The notes under the pieces are model-generated. The model searched no databases, was not told where the DNA came from, and saw only the letters and a program-made list of their open reading frames with translations. Both the position numbers and the translations under genes were made by a program. Shown here piece after piece: positions 12,231 to 24,121 of a DNA stretch of 64,000 nt; the first letter of the stretch is position 1, and each line of letters starts with the position of its first letter. This stretch comes from Mobula hypostoma (lineage: Eukaryota). The stretch is taken from contig NC_086097.1 in assembly GCF_963921235.1 (NCBI RefSeq), positions 137,022,001-137,086,000 on the forward strand, in the 5' to 3' direction.

Positions 12231-13389
12231 GTGGGTTAAAAGGAGTTTCCTTGTCCCTTTTTTGTATCAGAATCCTGGAACAAAATAAAAATGTTGAGAC
12301 TCTGAAGAATGCATGTCCAAGATCCCTTAGATCCTTCAGCACAACCAAGACAGTTTTAGGTTCATACATCCGTGGTTATAAACACAGAAAAAGGCCCTTC
12401 ACCCCAACTCGTCTATGCTAACCACGTCCCTGTACCTGCATTTGGCCCCCGTACCTCTGAATCTTTCTCGTCCATGAACCTACTCAAATGTCTTTTAGAT
12501 ATAGTAAATGTAGCTGCATCTATCACTTCCTCTGGCAGCTTATTCCGTATACCCACCCCATTGTGTGGAATAACTTGCCTTTCTGATTCCCTTTAGATAT
12601 CACCTTAAACCTTTGACTTCTACTTTTAGACTTGATTCTCAGGGAAAAAGCTGTCACTATCTAACCTATCTAAAGACATTATGTCATTTTTATAAACTAT
12701 AAGATCTCACCTCTACTGTTTTCACTCCATAAAAACAACTCCCAGTTTATCCGTTCTGTCCTTATAACTCAAGTCTACCAGTTCCAGAAACAACATTATG
12801 CACTCTCACTACTTAATCACACCCTTACTGTCTTCCTGACCATTTTACAAACCACTCTACACAAGGATAGCTAATACCCTTGCACATGTCCTTACTACTA
12901 CACAAACCCAGTACTGTACACCAGCGTGCATTGTTCTTGCCAATCGGAGCAACGGCAGGATTTTAGAATTCTTAATCTGGCTTTTTAAATGCATCCATAG
13001 CTACACATGACTGTAACTCTTCCCACCCCACTTTCTCCACAAAATCTTTTGGAGCTCTCCACTCGTACCACTCCCGCACATCTCATCACTACTGCTTACC
13101 CCAAGTCTCCCGCCCTCTATTTCACTGGCCCAGCTTTTAGTCACTCATTCCAATTCCTCTTCAGGTCAGGTATATCAAGTTTTATTTGAGACCACTCCCA
13201 AGAAGTTGCTTGAGATGTTTTATTGTGTTAAAGGTACTTTATGAAGACAAGCTGCCTTTGTCGACAGCATGCAGCCAAATTATTTTGTTGTGCTTGTAGC
13301 CATTCGCAGAACTTACACTGTTGTTATACATGTACAATTTCATGATGCATGCAAATTGAACGGGATAGTTTAGCATGCTGTCATCTTAC

Positions 13390-13522
13390 GTGTAGTTTCA
13401 AGGACAGTAACAGCTTCACTTTCCGCCTCATCGCTATATATTGCTGAGAGAGACACTTCATATTCTGTCCCAGGCAATAAATCATCAAGAATTACTGTGT
13501 CTGTATCCCCACTGAAGACAAA
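13390..13522 (-). CDS. COL14A1: COL14A1 exon, FN3-5 second half (FVFSGDTDTVILDDLLPGTEYEVSLSAIYSDEAESEAVTVLETT)
   Basis: Translated by hand. ttacag|TTT acceptor, C|gtaaga donor, 133 nt, phase 0-1; LxPGTEY motif. Confidence 0.94.
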
Positions 13523-14944
13523 CTGTAAAGGAGAAAAATACCCTGGTTAGGGAAGTAATATGTTACTTAAGGAGGTTTGAAGTAATGTAATACACCGTCA
13601 TGAACAGACTTTATAATAGTTCCAGCTTAGATCTTACTGGTGGTATTAATACCAACTATATATTTAATTGGAATGGATAGTGAAAGATCCTGGGCCTTTG
13701 AGATATCCAATACTCTCCAAATTAGTGATGAAATTCTTGGGGTTGCATTATAATATGGGGGAGGTTCATTTCTGGTAAAATAGTAAATTGGTTTATTATC
13801 ATCACATGTGCTGAGGTACAGTGAAAGTCTTTGCACGCCATCCATACAAATCATTCCATCGCAGCAGTACCCTGAGAGCACAGTGGAAGTCAGTAATAGA
13901 ATGCAGAACATATGTAGCGTTACAGTCACAGAGAGAGAGTGCAGTGCAGGTAGACAATAAAATGCATGGACCAAAATGAGAGATTGAGTGGTCAAGAGTC
14001 CATCTTATTATACAAGGGAAACGTTCGATAGTTTTATAACAACAGGATAGAATCCGTCCTTGAACCTTGCGATACACGCTTTCAGGCTTTTCTACCTTCT
14101 ACCTGATGAAAGGAAGGAAAAGAGAGTATGTCTGGAATGGGTGGAGTCCTTGATTCTGTTGGTTACTTTATCGAGACAGGGAGAAGTATAGACAGAGTCT
14201 CAGGAGGAGAGACTGGTTTCCGTTATCTGCTCAGCAGTGTCCACAACTCGCTGGACTTCTTGTGGCTCTGGGCAGAGCAGTTGACATACCAAGCTGCAAC
14301 ACATCCAGATTGGATGCCTTTTCCTCTCTAAAAATTGGTGATGTTCAAAGAGGACATGCCAAACTTTTTTTTTAATCAACTTAGAAACTTTTCACACTAA
14401 TGTTTATTATATTGACGAATAAAAGTGAAAAGGGCAACGTGTCAGGATCAGAGTCAGGTTCCAGGTAGAACAGACTCACTCTGGCCCCATTTACTGTGCA
14501 TTATTAATCAAAGCTAATTGCACCCTTCTCTGATATCAGATTTTCTATTTTCACAAGATCTCTACAATGTGCTGCATCAAAGGTAGCTTTTGCCAATGCC
14601 TTTCTGAAAGCTGTGTATTTATATTGCCTCTTTCTCAGCCCCAGGATCTCTCACTGTGAAGTTCAGTCACTGCAGGAAATGTCACAGCCAATTTGTGAAC
14701 AGCAAACTGCTACAAACAGCAATGTGATGCTGGCTTAAAAAAAATCTGCCCAGGTTTAGAAGTTGAAGGAAAAAAATATCTATCTCTATTCCCAAATAAT
14801 TCCATGGGATGCTATCCATCCACCTGAGGAGATGAATTGGCCTCTGTCTATCTGGAAAACGGCATTTCCTACATGCAGCACGGTTTAATGTGATGCCTCA
14901 AAAAGGTAGCATCCTTCATTAAGGGCTTTCGTCACCCAGGACGT

Positions 14945-15232
14945 GCTCTCCATCCCCAGGGCCAAAACTAAGCATGGTGAAGCAGCTTTTAGTTACTATG
15001 CTCCACACATCTGGAATAACCTTCCAGAGGATCTGAAGTCTACCCCAACTTTAAGCTCTCTTAAAGCAAGGCTTAAAACTTTGCCTTTTGATGTAGCTTT
15101 TAATGAAACTCTTCTGCACTGTAACTGCTATTTATCATACCTATTTTTGTTTGATTTTATTCTCTTGGATGTTGTCTAAAATTTGATGTTTGAACTCCTT
15201 GCGTTTGAAAAGGGTTATACAAATAAACTTAC
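14945..15232 (+). mobile_element. L2-clade LINE 3' fragment nested in an older Rex1-like 3' fragment
   Basis: Peptide IPRAKTKHGEAAFSYYAPHIWNNLPEDLK...LKARLKT. Confidence 0.7.
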
Positions 15233-15654
15233 TTGCTCTTTTTATTACTACCAGAGAAATGGTACATAAACCTAATGACAAACACTCAATGTTTTAGAAA
15301 CAGCTTCTTCCTTTCCAGGATCAGATCTCTGAACAGATAATGAACCAAGCCATGAACACCATCTCATTGTTTTTGCAAAACTACTTAATTAATTATACTT
15401 TTATTTTTATATATATATTATTGTAATTTATAATATTATTGATATATTACACTGTACTGCTGTGCAAAACTATAAATTTACTGATGTACGCAATGATATT
15501 CCACCAGATTCTGATTCTCCCTCCGTCCTGGTGCAGTGCAATCTAAGTGTACAAATTAAGTCTTCCTAGTGAGATGAACCCATGGACAAGAGGAGCTCTG
15601 GTTCATGTATTAACTCCCTGAACTACCATTGCGCCTTGATACATTGTGCTTTAC

Positions 15655-15794
15655 CTCTTTTGCCTCTTCCCCACTCAAGGGAGTGCATGCTAGTCTGTAC
15701 AAGGTAACATCTTCAGCAGCATGCTTCCAGCTAACTCTGAACTTGTCCAGAGAAACATCACTGACCCTTAAGGATAACGGCTTGGGAACGCTCT
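15655..15794 (-). CDS. COL14A1: COL14A1 exon, FN3-5 first half (KSVPKPLSLRVSDVSLDKFRVSWKHAAEDVTLYRLACTPLSGEEAKE)
   Basis: Translated by hand. atgcag|AG acceptor, GAG|gtaaag donor, 140 nt, phase 1-0; FN3 pattern F-R-V-S-W...Y-R-L. Confidence 0.92.
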
Positions 15795-15923
15795 CTGCAT
15801 AAACACGGAAATAAACAGGAAACCATTACAATAGCAAGTTCATTTGAATCTATAAAGATGAATCATTGTCTTTGGATACAAGGTGAGCAACAGACGTGCA
15901 ATGTGAAGGCAGAGACAACTTAC

Positions 15924-16047
15924 TTGTGGTAAAGCTGCCCGTCAGTGGCTCTGATTGTCCCTCATCATAGATCGAAAACACTGCAATTGTGTACTCTGTA
16001 AGTGATGTCAGGTTTCTTAAAAAAGTTGTCGTATCTTCAACTTCAAC
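15924..16047 (-). CDS. COL14A1: COL14A1 exon, FN3-4 second half ([41 protein letters not shown])
   Basis: Translated by hand. ccttag|GTT acceptor, A|gtaagt donor, 124 nt, phase 0-1. Confidence 0.95.
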
Positions 16048-17657
16048 CTAAGGGTGACAAATAAAAGGGATAACCAGTCAATTCAAAAGATAAATCAAGA
16101 GAATTTTCTTTTCCAGAGAGAAGGTGAATGTGGAACAGAGAACTTTCAAACTCAAGTGCAGACACTGATTTAAAAGGGAGGTAAATAAGCACACAAGGGA
16201 AATACAGGTAATATTGAAATAATGATCTCGAAAGTGTCCTGATAGAGATTATTTAGAATACTGAAGGATTTGATAAGGTAGATGGAGAGATCATGCTTTG
16301 AACAGTAGGGCAGTTCAGGACTAGAGGTGCTACAAAGTTAAATGGGGCAGGAGTCAGCCATTCAACCCTCATCCTGTGCTAGCATCAAGACCAACACTGA
16401 CATGCACTTCAATACAGGAGTTGTGAGGACATTCAGGAGAAACCGCTACATTTTGTAACTTCACAATATTAAACTAATTCAAAAAAAAAGGCACCAGAAT
16501 CCAAAATCCGAGTGTTACTCTGTGTTTACTTTAAGCAGTGGAGATTACCTCAGTAAATATATATAAGACAAGGCTGGATAGATTTTTACATAGTAGGGGA
16601 ACTAAGGGTTATGGGGAAAAGGCAGAGGTGGTGGTGAGTCATGGTCAGATCAGCCATGATCTTATGGAATGGCGGAACAGGCTCGACAGGCCACATGGCC
16701 TACTCCTGCTCCTATTTCTTATGAAAGCGAAGCATGCGAGTATAATTTGGTAGTGTAATGACACATGCATTTATTTATACATATAACTTATAATGAATTA
16801 TTTAAATGAACAAAAATGCTTAAACAACACACACACACTGCAAGAAAATGAATCTCAGGGCTGTACATGGTGACATACACATACTTCAATAATACATTTA
16901 CTTTGAACTTTAAAAGTTTGTCCAGGGGCCAGACATTATCCTTCACGAAAGCTCCGAGCAGGACACTGTTTAATACCATTCCCTACTTGTTCCTGAACCA
17001 GCTCTCTCCCTCAGTATTTCAGAGGGCTGTGTTCAGTGTTGTCAGTCTGGGAACCAGGTGGAAAGACATGTCCGATCTCCCTCCTCAGAGGCATGAATGA
17101 ACAAAGTGGTTTACAAGAATCCTGTGGTTTCCTGGATCCCGTTACTGCAAATAAGTTCACCAGTGGCTGTGGTGGGATTTTGAACTGTCCTTAAATCAAA
17201 CATCCAAGCCTCTCGATTAGTTACAAAATGACAAGGGAGGTGGGCACTTGGCCCGTTTTGTCTCCTAGCAGAGCAATTCCATCAGCTCTGTTGACATCAC
17301 TCATTTCCACCACACTCACCAAATCCCCCAGATTTCACTGTACCACTCACCCATACACTGGCGCCAATTACAGCGGACTAGTAACCTACCAACTCATCCA
17401 CCTTTGGAGTGTGGGAGGAAACCAGACACCAGGAGAAAACACAGGCAAAACCTGCACACTCCACATAGATAGCATCGGGCTGCTGGGGCTGTGTCAGCAG
17501 CATTCCTTCAGCATCACTTTATATGGCCCACTAACACTATGATCACATTACTAAGGCAATGTGATTAACACTATAGTTACATTGTCTTAGTGATATTGGA
17601 CAATATCACATGTTAATCATGGACAAGATCGACACCGACATACAAGAGACTACCGAT

Positions 17658-20375
17658 GACAGGAGATTTTGTGGACATGGGAAGGACACCCACATGGTTT
17701 GTTGCCTCCCGGGTGCCAGAGTCCGGGATGTCTCTGACCGGGTGCACAACATCCTGGTACAAGAGGGAAAGCAACCAGAAGTCGTGATACACGTTGGTAC
17801 CAACGACATAGGCAGGAAGAGGGATGAGGTCCTGAAGTGTGAGTTTCGGGAACTAGGCAGAAAGCTGAAGAACAGGACCTCAAGGGTGACATTCTCAGGA
17901 TTGCTGCCAGCGCACGTGATAGTGATGGTAAGAATTGGAGGAGATGGCAGTTGAATGTGTGGCTGAGGAGCTGGTGCAGGGAGCGGGGTTTTACATTTTT
18001 AGATCATTGGGATTTCTTCTGGGGAAGGTGGGACCTGTACAGATTGGATGGGTTGCACCTGAACTCGAGGGGGAGCAATATCCTTGCAGGTAGGTTTGCT
18101 AGCATGGTTTGGGAGGGTTTAAACTAATTTGCAAGGGGGATGGGACCCAGAGCGATAGAGCAGTGAAAGAAGTGCATGGAGTAAAGCCAGATCTAACATA
18201 TAGAGAGGCTTTGAGGAAAGAGAAGCAGAATAAACGGTGTAAAGACAGTAAGGTAGAAGGGCTGAAATGTGTGTACCTCAATGCAAGAAGCATCAGGAAC
18301 AAAGGTGATGAACTGAGAGCTTGGATACATACATGGAATTATGATGTAGTGGCCATTACAGAGACTTGGCTGGCACCAGGGCAGGAATGGATTCTCAATA
18401 TTCCTGGATTTCAGTGCTTTAAAAAGGATAGAGAGGGCGGAAAAAGGGGAGGAGGGTTGGCATTACTGGTCAGGGATACTATTACGGCTACAGAAAGGGT
18501 GGGTAATGTAGCAGGATCCTCTTTTGAGTCAATATGGGTAGAAGTCAGGAACAGGAAGGGAGCAGTTACCCTACTGGGGGTATTCTATAGGCCCCTTGAT
18601 AGCAGCAGAGATACAGAGGAGCAGATTGGGAGGCAGATTTTGGAAAGGTGCAAAAATAACAGGGTTGTTATCATGGGTGACTTTAACTTCCCTAAATTAA
18701 TTGGCACCTGATTAGTTCCAAGGGTTTAGATGGGACAGAGTTTGTTAAGTGTGTCCAGGATGGATTCCTGTCACAGTATGTGGACAGGCCAACTAGGGGG
18801 AATGCCATACTAGATCTAGTACTAGGTAATGAACCGGGTCAGGTCACAGATGTCTCAGTGGGTGAGCATCTGGGGGACAGTGACCACTGCTCCCTGGCCT
18901 TTGGCTAGGATCTTTATGTCCTTGTTGTCCACGGGAATGCTATCGGAGGATTGGAGGGAGGCGAATGTTGTCCCCTTGTTCAAAAAAGGTAGTAGGGATA
19001 GTCCGGGTAATTATAGACCAGTGAGCCTTGTGTCTGTGGTGGGAAAGCTGTTGGAAAAGATTCTTAGAGATAGGATCTCTGGGCATTTAGAGAATCATGG
19101 TCTGATCAGGGACAGTCAGCATGACTTTGTGAAGGGCAGATCGTGTCTAACAAGCCTGATAGACTTGTTTGAGGAGGTGACCAGGCATATAGATGGGGGT
19201 GGTGCAGTGGATGTGATCTATATGGATTTTAGTAAGGCATTTGACAAGGTTCCACATGGTAGGCTTATTCAGAAAGGCAGAAGGCATGTGATCCAGGGAA
19301 GCTTGGCCAGGTGGATTCAGAATTGGCTTGCCTGCAGAAGGCAGAGGGTCATGGTGGAGGGAGTACATTCAGATTGGAGGATTGTGACTAGTGGTGTCCC
19401 ACAAGGATTTCTTCTGGGACCTCTACTTTTCGTGATTTTTATTAATGACCTGGATGTGGGGGTAGAGGGGTGGGTTGGCAAGTTTGCAGATGACGCAAAG
19501 GTTGGTGGTGTTGTAGATAGTGCAGAGGATTGTCAAAGATTGCAGCGAGACCTTGATAAGATGCAGAAGTTGGCTGAGAAGTGGCAGACGGAGTTCAACT
19601 CAGAGAAGTGTGAGGTGGTACATTTTGGAAGGACAAACTCCAAGGCAGAGTACAAAGTAAATGGGAGGATACTTGGTAGTGTGGAGGAGCAGAGGGATCT
19701 CAGGGTACGTGTCCACAAATTCCTGAAAGTTGCCTCACAGGTGGATAGGGTAGTTAAGAAAGCTTATGGGGTGTTAACTTTCACAAGTCGTGGGATACAG
19801 TTTAAGAGTCGCAATGTAATGATGCAGCTCTATAAAACTCTGGTTAGGCCACACTTGGAGTACTGTGTCCAGTTCTGGTCACCTCACTATAGGAAGGATG
19901 TGGAAGCATTGAAAAGAGTACAGAGTAGATTTACCAGGATGCTGCCTGGTTTAGAGAGTATGCATTATGATCAGAGATTAAGGAAACTTTACTCTTTGGA
20001 GAGAAGGAGGATGAGAGGAGACATGATGGAGGTATACAAGATATTAAGAGGAATATTAAGTGGATAGTCAGCGCCTCTTCCCCAGGGCATCACTGCTCAA
20101 TACAAGAGGACATGGATTTAAGGTAAGGGGTGGGAAGTTCATGGGGGATATTAGAGGAAGGTTTTTTACTCAGAGAGTGATTGGTGCGTGGAATGCACTG
20201 CCTGAGTCAGTGGTGGAGGCAGATACACTAGTGAAGTTTAAGAGACTACTAGACAGGTATATGGAGGAATTTAAGGTGTGGGGTTATATGGGAGGCAGGG
20301 TTTGAGAGACGGCACAACATTGTGAGCCAAAGGGCCTGTACTGTGCTGTACTATTCTATGTTCTATGTTCTATGA
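17658..20375 (+). mobile_element. 5'-truncated, internally deleted CR1 copy of the same family as 38302-42595
   Basis: Near-identical ORF1 C-terminus, APE and RT peptides; frameshifts; about 740-bp deletion at about 18900; (TTCTATG)n tail. Confidence 0.95.
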
Positions 20376-21242
20376 TGGAATATGGAAAACAGATGCTGGA
20401 GGAATTCTGGAAGTCAGGCAGCATCTGTGGAGAGAAATGGGGTGTCAACGTTTTTATTGCCCATCCATAATACAACACAGGTGCTTGTGAGCCTACATTA
20501 GGTTGGGTTTGGGAGACTGAATCACTTCTAAACTGAGATACAGCAAGGAGAGCAGATTTCTGGGCACAAAGGTTTCACTGGGCTTTCATTGCCTGTCCAA
20601 CAGCTCTACGGTCATGTTACCTGGTACCAGATTTGGGGGAAAGACATACACAAAGCAATTCTCTCCAAAGGGTCTCAGCCTGAAGCGTCGACTGTACTCT
20701 TTTCCATAGATACTGCCTGGTCTGCTGAATTCCTCCAGCATTTTGCGTGCGCTACTTGGTTTACCAGCATCTGCAGAATGTCTCTTGTTTGTAAGCAATT
20801 CTCTCCCCAGTTTGTATCCAACAACGAGGCTGTCTGATTTTCCCTACGTATGTGCTGTTGCATATCACCGGATACTGAAAGGCCTGGATAGATTGGACGT
20901 GGAGAAGAAGTTTCCATTAGTTGAAGCATCTACAATATGAGGGCACAGCCTCAGAATAAAGGGATTCTCCTTCAGAACTGAGGTAAGGAGCAATTTCTTC
21001 AGACAGACTGTGGTGAATCTGGAATTTGTTGCCACAGAGGGTTGTGGAGGTCAAATCTTTGCGTGCATTTAATGCAGAGATTGACTGGTTCTTGATTGGT
21101 AAGGTGATTAAGAGTTATGGGTAGAAGGCAGGAGATTGGGGTGGAGAAATAACATGAACGATGATTTAAGAGGCCGAGCAGACTTGATGGGCTGGATGAC
21201 TTAGCTCTGCTCGTATACCGTATAGTCAATTGCCACACTCAC

Positions 21243-21382
21243 CTCGCTCATCATAGTCCCATCAGTTTTCACATACATGACACGATAACCCAGAGCTTTC
21301 TTTGATCCTGCTTCCCAGCTGACCCTGCCTGTACTGTGCCCAATTTCGGAGAACTGAAGGTTCTTGGGAGGAGTAAGTGGCA
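21243..21382 (-). CDS. COL14A1: COL14A1 exon, FN3-4 first half (LPLTPPKNLQFSEIGHSTGRVSWEAGSKKALGYRVMYVKTDGTMMSE)
   Basis: actcag|TG acceptor, GAG|gtgagt donor, 140 nt, phase 1-0. Confidence 0.94.
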
Positions 21383-22984
21383 CTGAGTAAAGAAAACAAA
21401 ACGTTTACAGTTAAAGACACATTCACAGGGAGACACAATACAGAAACAGAGCCTCGGATCACAGAGTCCACACCGTCACCAACTACCCATTTATACTAAT
21501 CTACACTCGTCTCTTTTATTCTCTGCTAAGAGCAAAAACTTCAGGCAAGTGCCCATACTTTTGATTATGTTATTAAATTTCAACTAAATAATGAAACTCA
21601 CAATGCCTGCATGTTCAAATTCTTCCATTGCTGCCAATATTTTTACTATTCTGTGTTGTCGCACAAGTTGCTCAAGATTCCCGGAGTCAGTACGAAAACA
21701 GGTCATTCAGCCATTGAGTCCGTACTGACACAAACTACCTACTTACACAGAGGCTACATAAACTCCTGCCTGCTCTGCCCCAGATTCTACCACTCACCTA
21801 CGTGCTCGGAGCCAATTATCCTATCGGGCCTCTGTGACATGGGAGGAAACCCTGAACTTACAAACTCCACAACTGCAAAGACATTTCTTAACTTTAAAAA
21901 ATTAACTTTCAATCTGTGAGACCCATTCTGCAGCTTACTTACCATTCAATAATACCACCATGAGCCAGCTGACCTACACTGGTTCCGAGTTAATCTCAGG
22001 CTCATTTCCAACCCTACAAGCCTCTGTGCCCCTGCATTCACAGCAAATACCTAGGTTAGGAATAGCATTGGTGGCCATGCCTTCAGTCACCCCGAGCCTC
22101 CAGTCCTGGATCGTCCTCCCTAAATCCCTCTTCTCGTTGAAGAAGGATTCTTGACCTTGTTGTGGCCCTTGCGCTCTACCATGTGCCTGCACTGCACTTT
22201 TTCTGTAACTGTAGCAACATTTCCAGCATAATACACGCAAAGTGCTGGAGGGCTGACAAAAAGTCTTGGGCTGAAATGTTGACTGTGTATTCCACTCTAT
22301 AGATGTCAGCTGACATGCTGAGTTCCTGCAGCATTTTGTGTGTATTACACCAGATTTCTAGCGTCTGCAGAATCTTCCATGTTTACACCACGTTCTACAT
22401 TCTGTTATTGCTTCTCCCTTGTACTATCTCAATGTACTTATGTTTTGAAATTATCTGTATGGACGGCATTTTTCACTGTACGTCAGTATGCATGTCAATA
22501 GTAAACCAGTTCCAATTCCAACTCTCTGCCTCTTGGCAGCTGAAGCCAGAGATGGGGTGTTGAGATTCAGGGGCCAGAGCTGGAGCAAGGCAGAAATCTC
22601 AGAGGACTGGTGAAGGGACTGGATAGGACCATAAAGGATTTGGACATAAGGAAGAGGATTTTGATGCTGGGGCATTGTTTGACCAGCAGCCAGCGCAGAA
22701 TGGCTTGGAGAAAATGAATAAATGTGACTTGGGACAAGGGAAGCTGAGAGTTAGATGACCCCACAGTCAGTAGAACAAGGGAAGCCAACCAAAAGCCTGC
22801 CATGACAGTCAAGTCTAGTGGTAACAGCAAGGGTATGAACTCCATCACAGATTTTTTAGGGTGCAGCCAGGCAATATTACTGAGATAGAAATGGGTGGAT
22901 TTGCTGATGGTGTAAAGCTCCTCTGAGGTCAACTGTGATGTTCATGTGTTGAAATGACTTGAACAAACCCCCATCAGGACCTAC

Positions 22985-23114
22985 ATGTTGTTTCTTGTCC
23001 AGTCAGAGGGTCGCTTGCCTCGTCTCCATACATGGCATACACGGTCACAGTGTATTCAGTGTTTGGCATTAAACCTTCCAGTTCTATATCCGTAACAAAA
23101 TCAGCCACCTTTAC
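22985..23114 (-). CDS. COL14A1: COL14A1 exon, FN3-3 second half ([43 protein letters not shown])
   Basis: Not in the ORF track; translated by hand. ccacag|GTA acceptor, T|gtaggt donor, 130 nt, phase 0-1. Confidence 0.95.
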
Positions 23115-23975
23115 CTGTGGAGAAAGAGGAACAGGTTATTTCTTGCCACCTCATTGCCAGTGTCAACCCAATCGACACAAGTTGCACAAGCAGGGCTCAG
23201 GGTAGGAAGAGATTTCCACAATGCTTGGCTTCAAAGGCTTCAGATTGGGGTGAGATCACCCAAAACTCTTACAGACGACTCTGCAAACTATTTGAAAGCA
23301 GCCTTTGAGATCCCAGCTCAACCCCAGTAACGCAGTAATTGTTTCTGACATGCAGACTCCGGGAGAAGGGAGAGTTGGGTATTAAAAACTGCCCAGTAGG
23401 CCTTGGAATACCGAAGCAATTGGGAGAAGAAAGTTAGGAGACACAAGATTGAGCAGCATTTGGGCGAGGTGAGAAAGGAAGGTTGCAGATAAGAGAGGAA
23501 GACAAAGTGGACAGTTGACCAGATAGAAAGTTATCAATTCCTGATCAAGACAATAGTGCTTATTGCATTAGATGAGTGAGTGAATCCTGCTATGTGTTTG
23601 CTGTTGGCCTGTGAATGCAATTTTGTAAGCAGACAGCCATTAACAGGAGCAACAAACAATCTGCTCAAGGAACTCAGCGGGCCGAGCAGCATCTATGGGG
23701 TGGGGGGGTGGGGGTAGAAAATTGTCGATGTTTCTGGTCGAAACCCTGCATCAGGGCTCCTTGCTAACAATTCCTTTCCTCCCACTGATGTTGCCTGAGG
23801 TGCTGAGCTCCTCTCGCAGGTTATTTATTGCTCCAGATTCCGGTAGCTGCCGTCCCTCCTGTTTCCAATCAGGCTGAGCAGTATCTGTGTGGGGGAAAGG
23901 AAATGTGGATATTTAGGGTTGAGGCCCCGCATCAGGACAGCCACCGTTAACAGGAGCTAATTTATTCAACTCTAC

Positions 23976-24121
23976 CTCCTTTTCATCGGCTGTGTCTCCC
24001 CCTGTGAGTGCTGCATAAAGGATCATGTAACCAGAAGCAGATTCAGCAGGTCTCCACTTAACTCTCATGCTGTTGTGGGTCACGTCGTACACGCGCAGGT
24101 CCGCAGCTGCGGGAAGTGCCA
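23976..24121 (-). CDS. COL14A1: COL14A1 exon, FN3-3 first half (LALPAAADLRVYDVTHNSMRVKWRPAESASGYMILYAALTGGDTADEKE)
   Basis: ttacag|TG acceptor, GAG|gtagag donor, 146 nt, phase 1-0. Confidence 0.94.
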
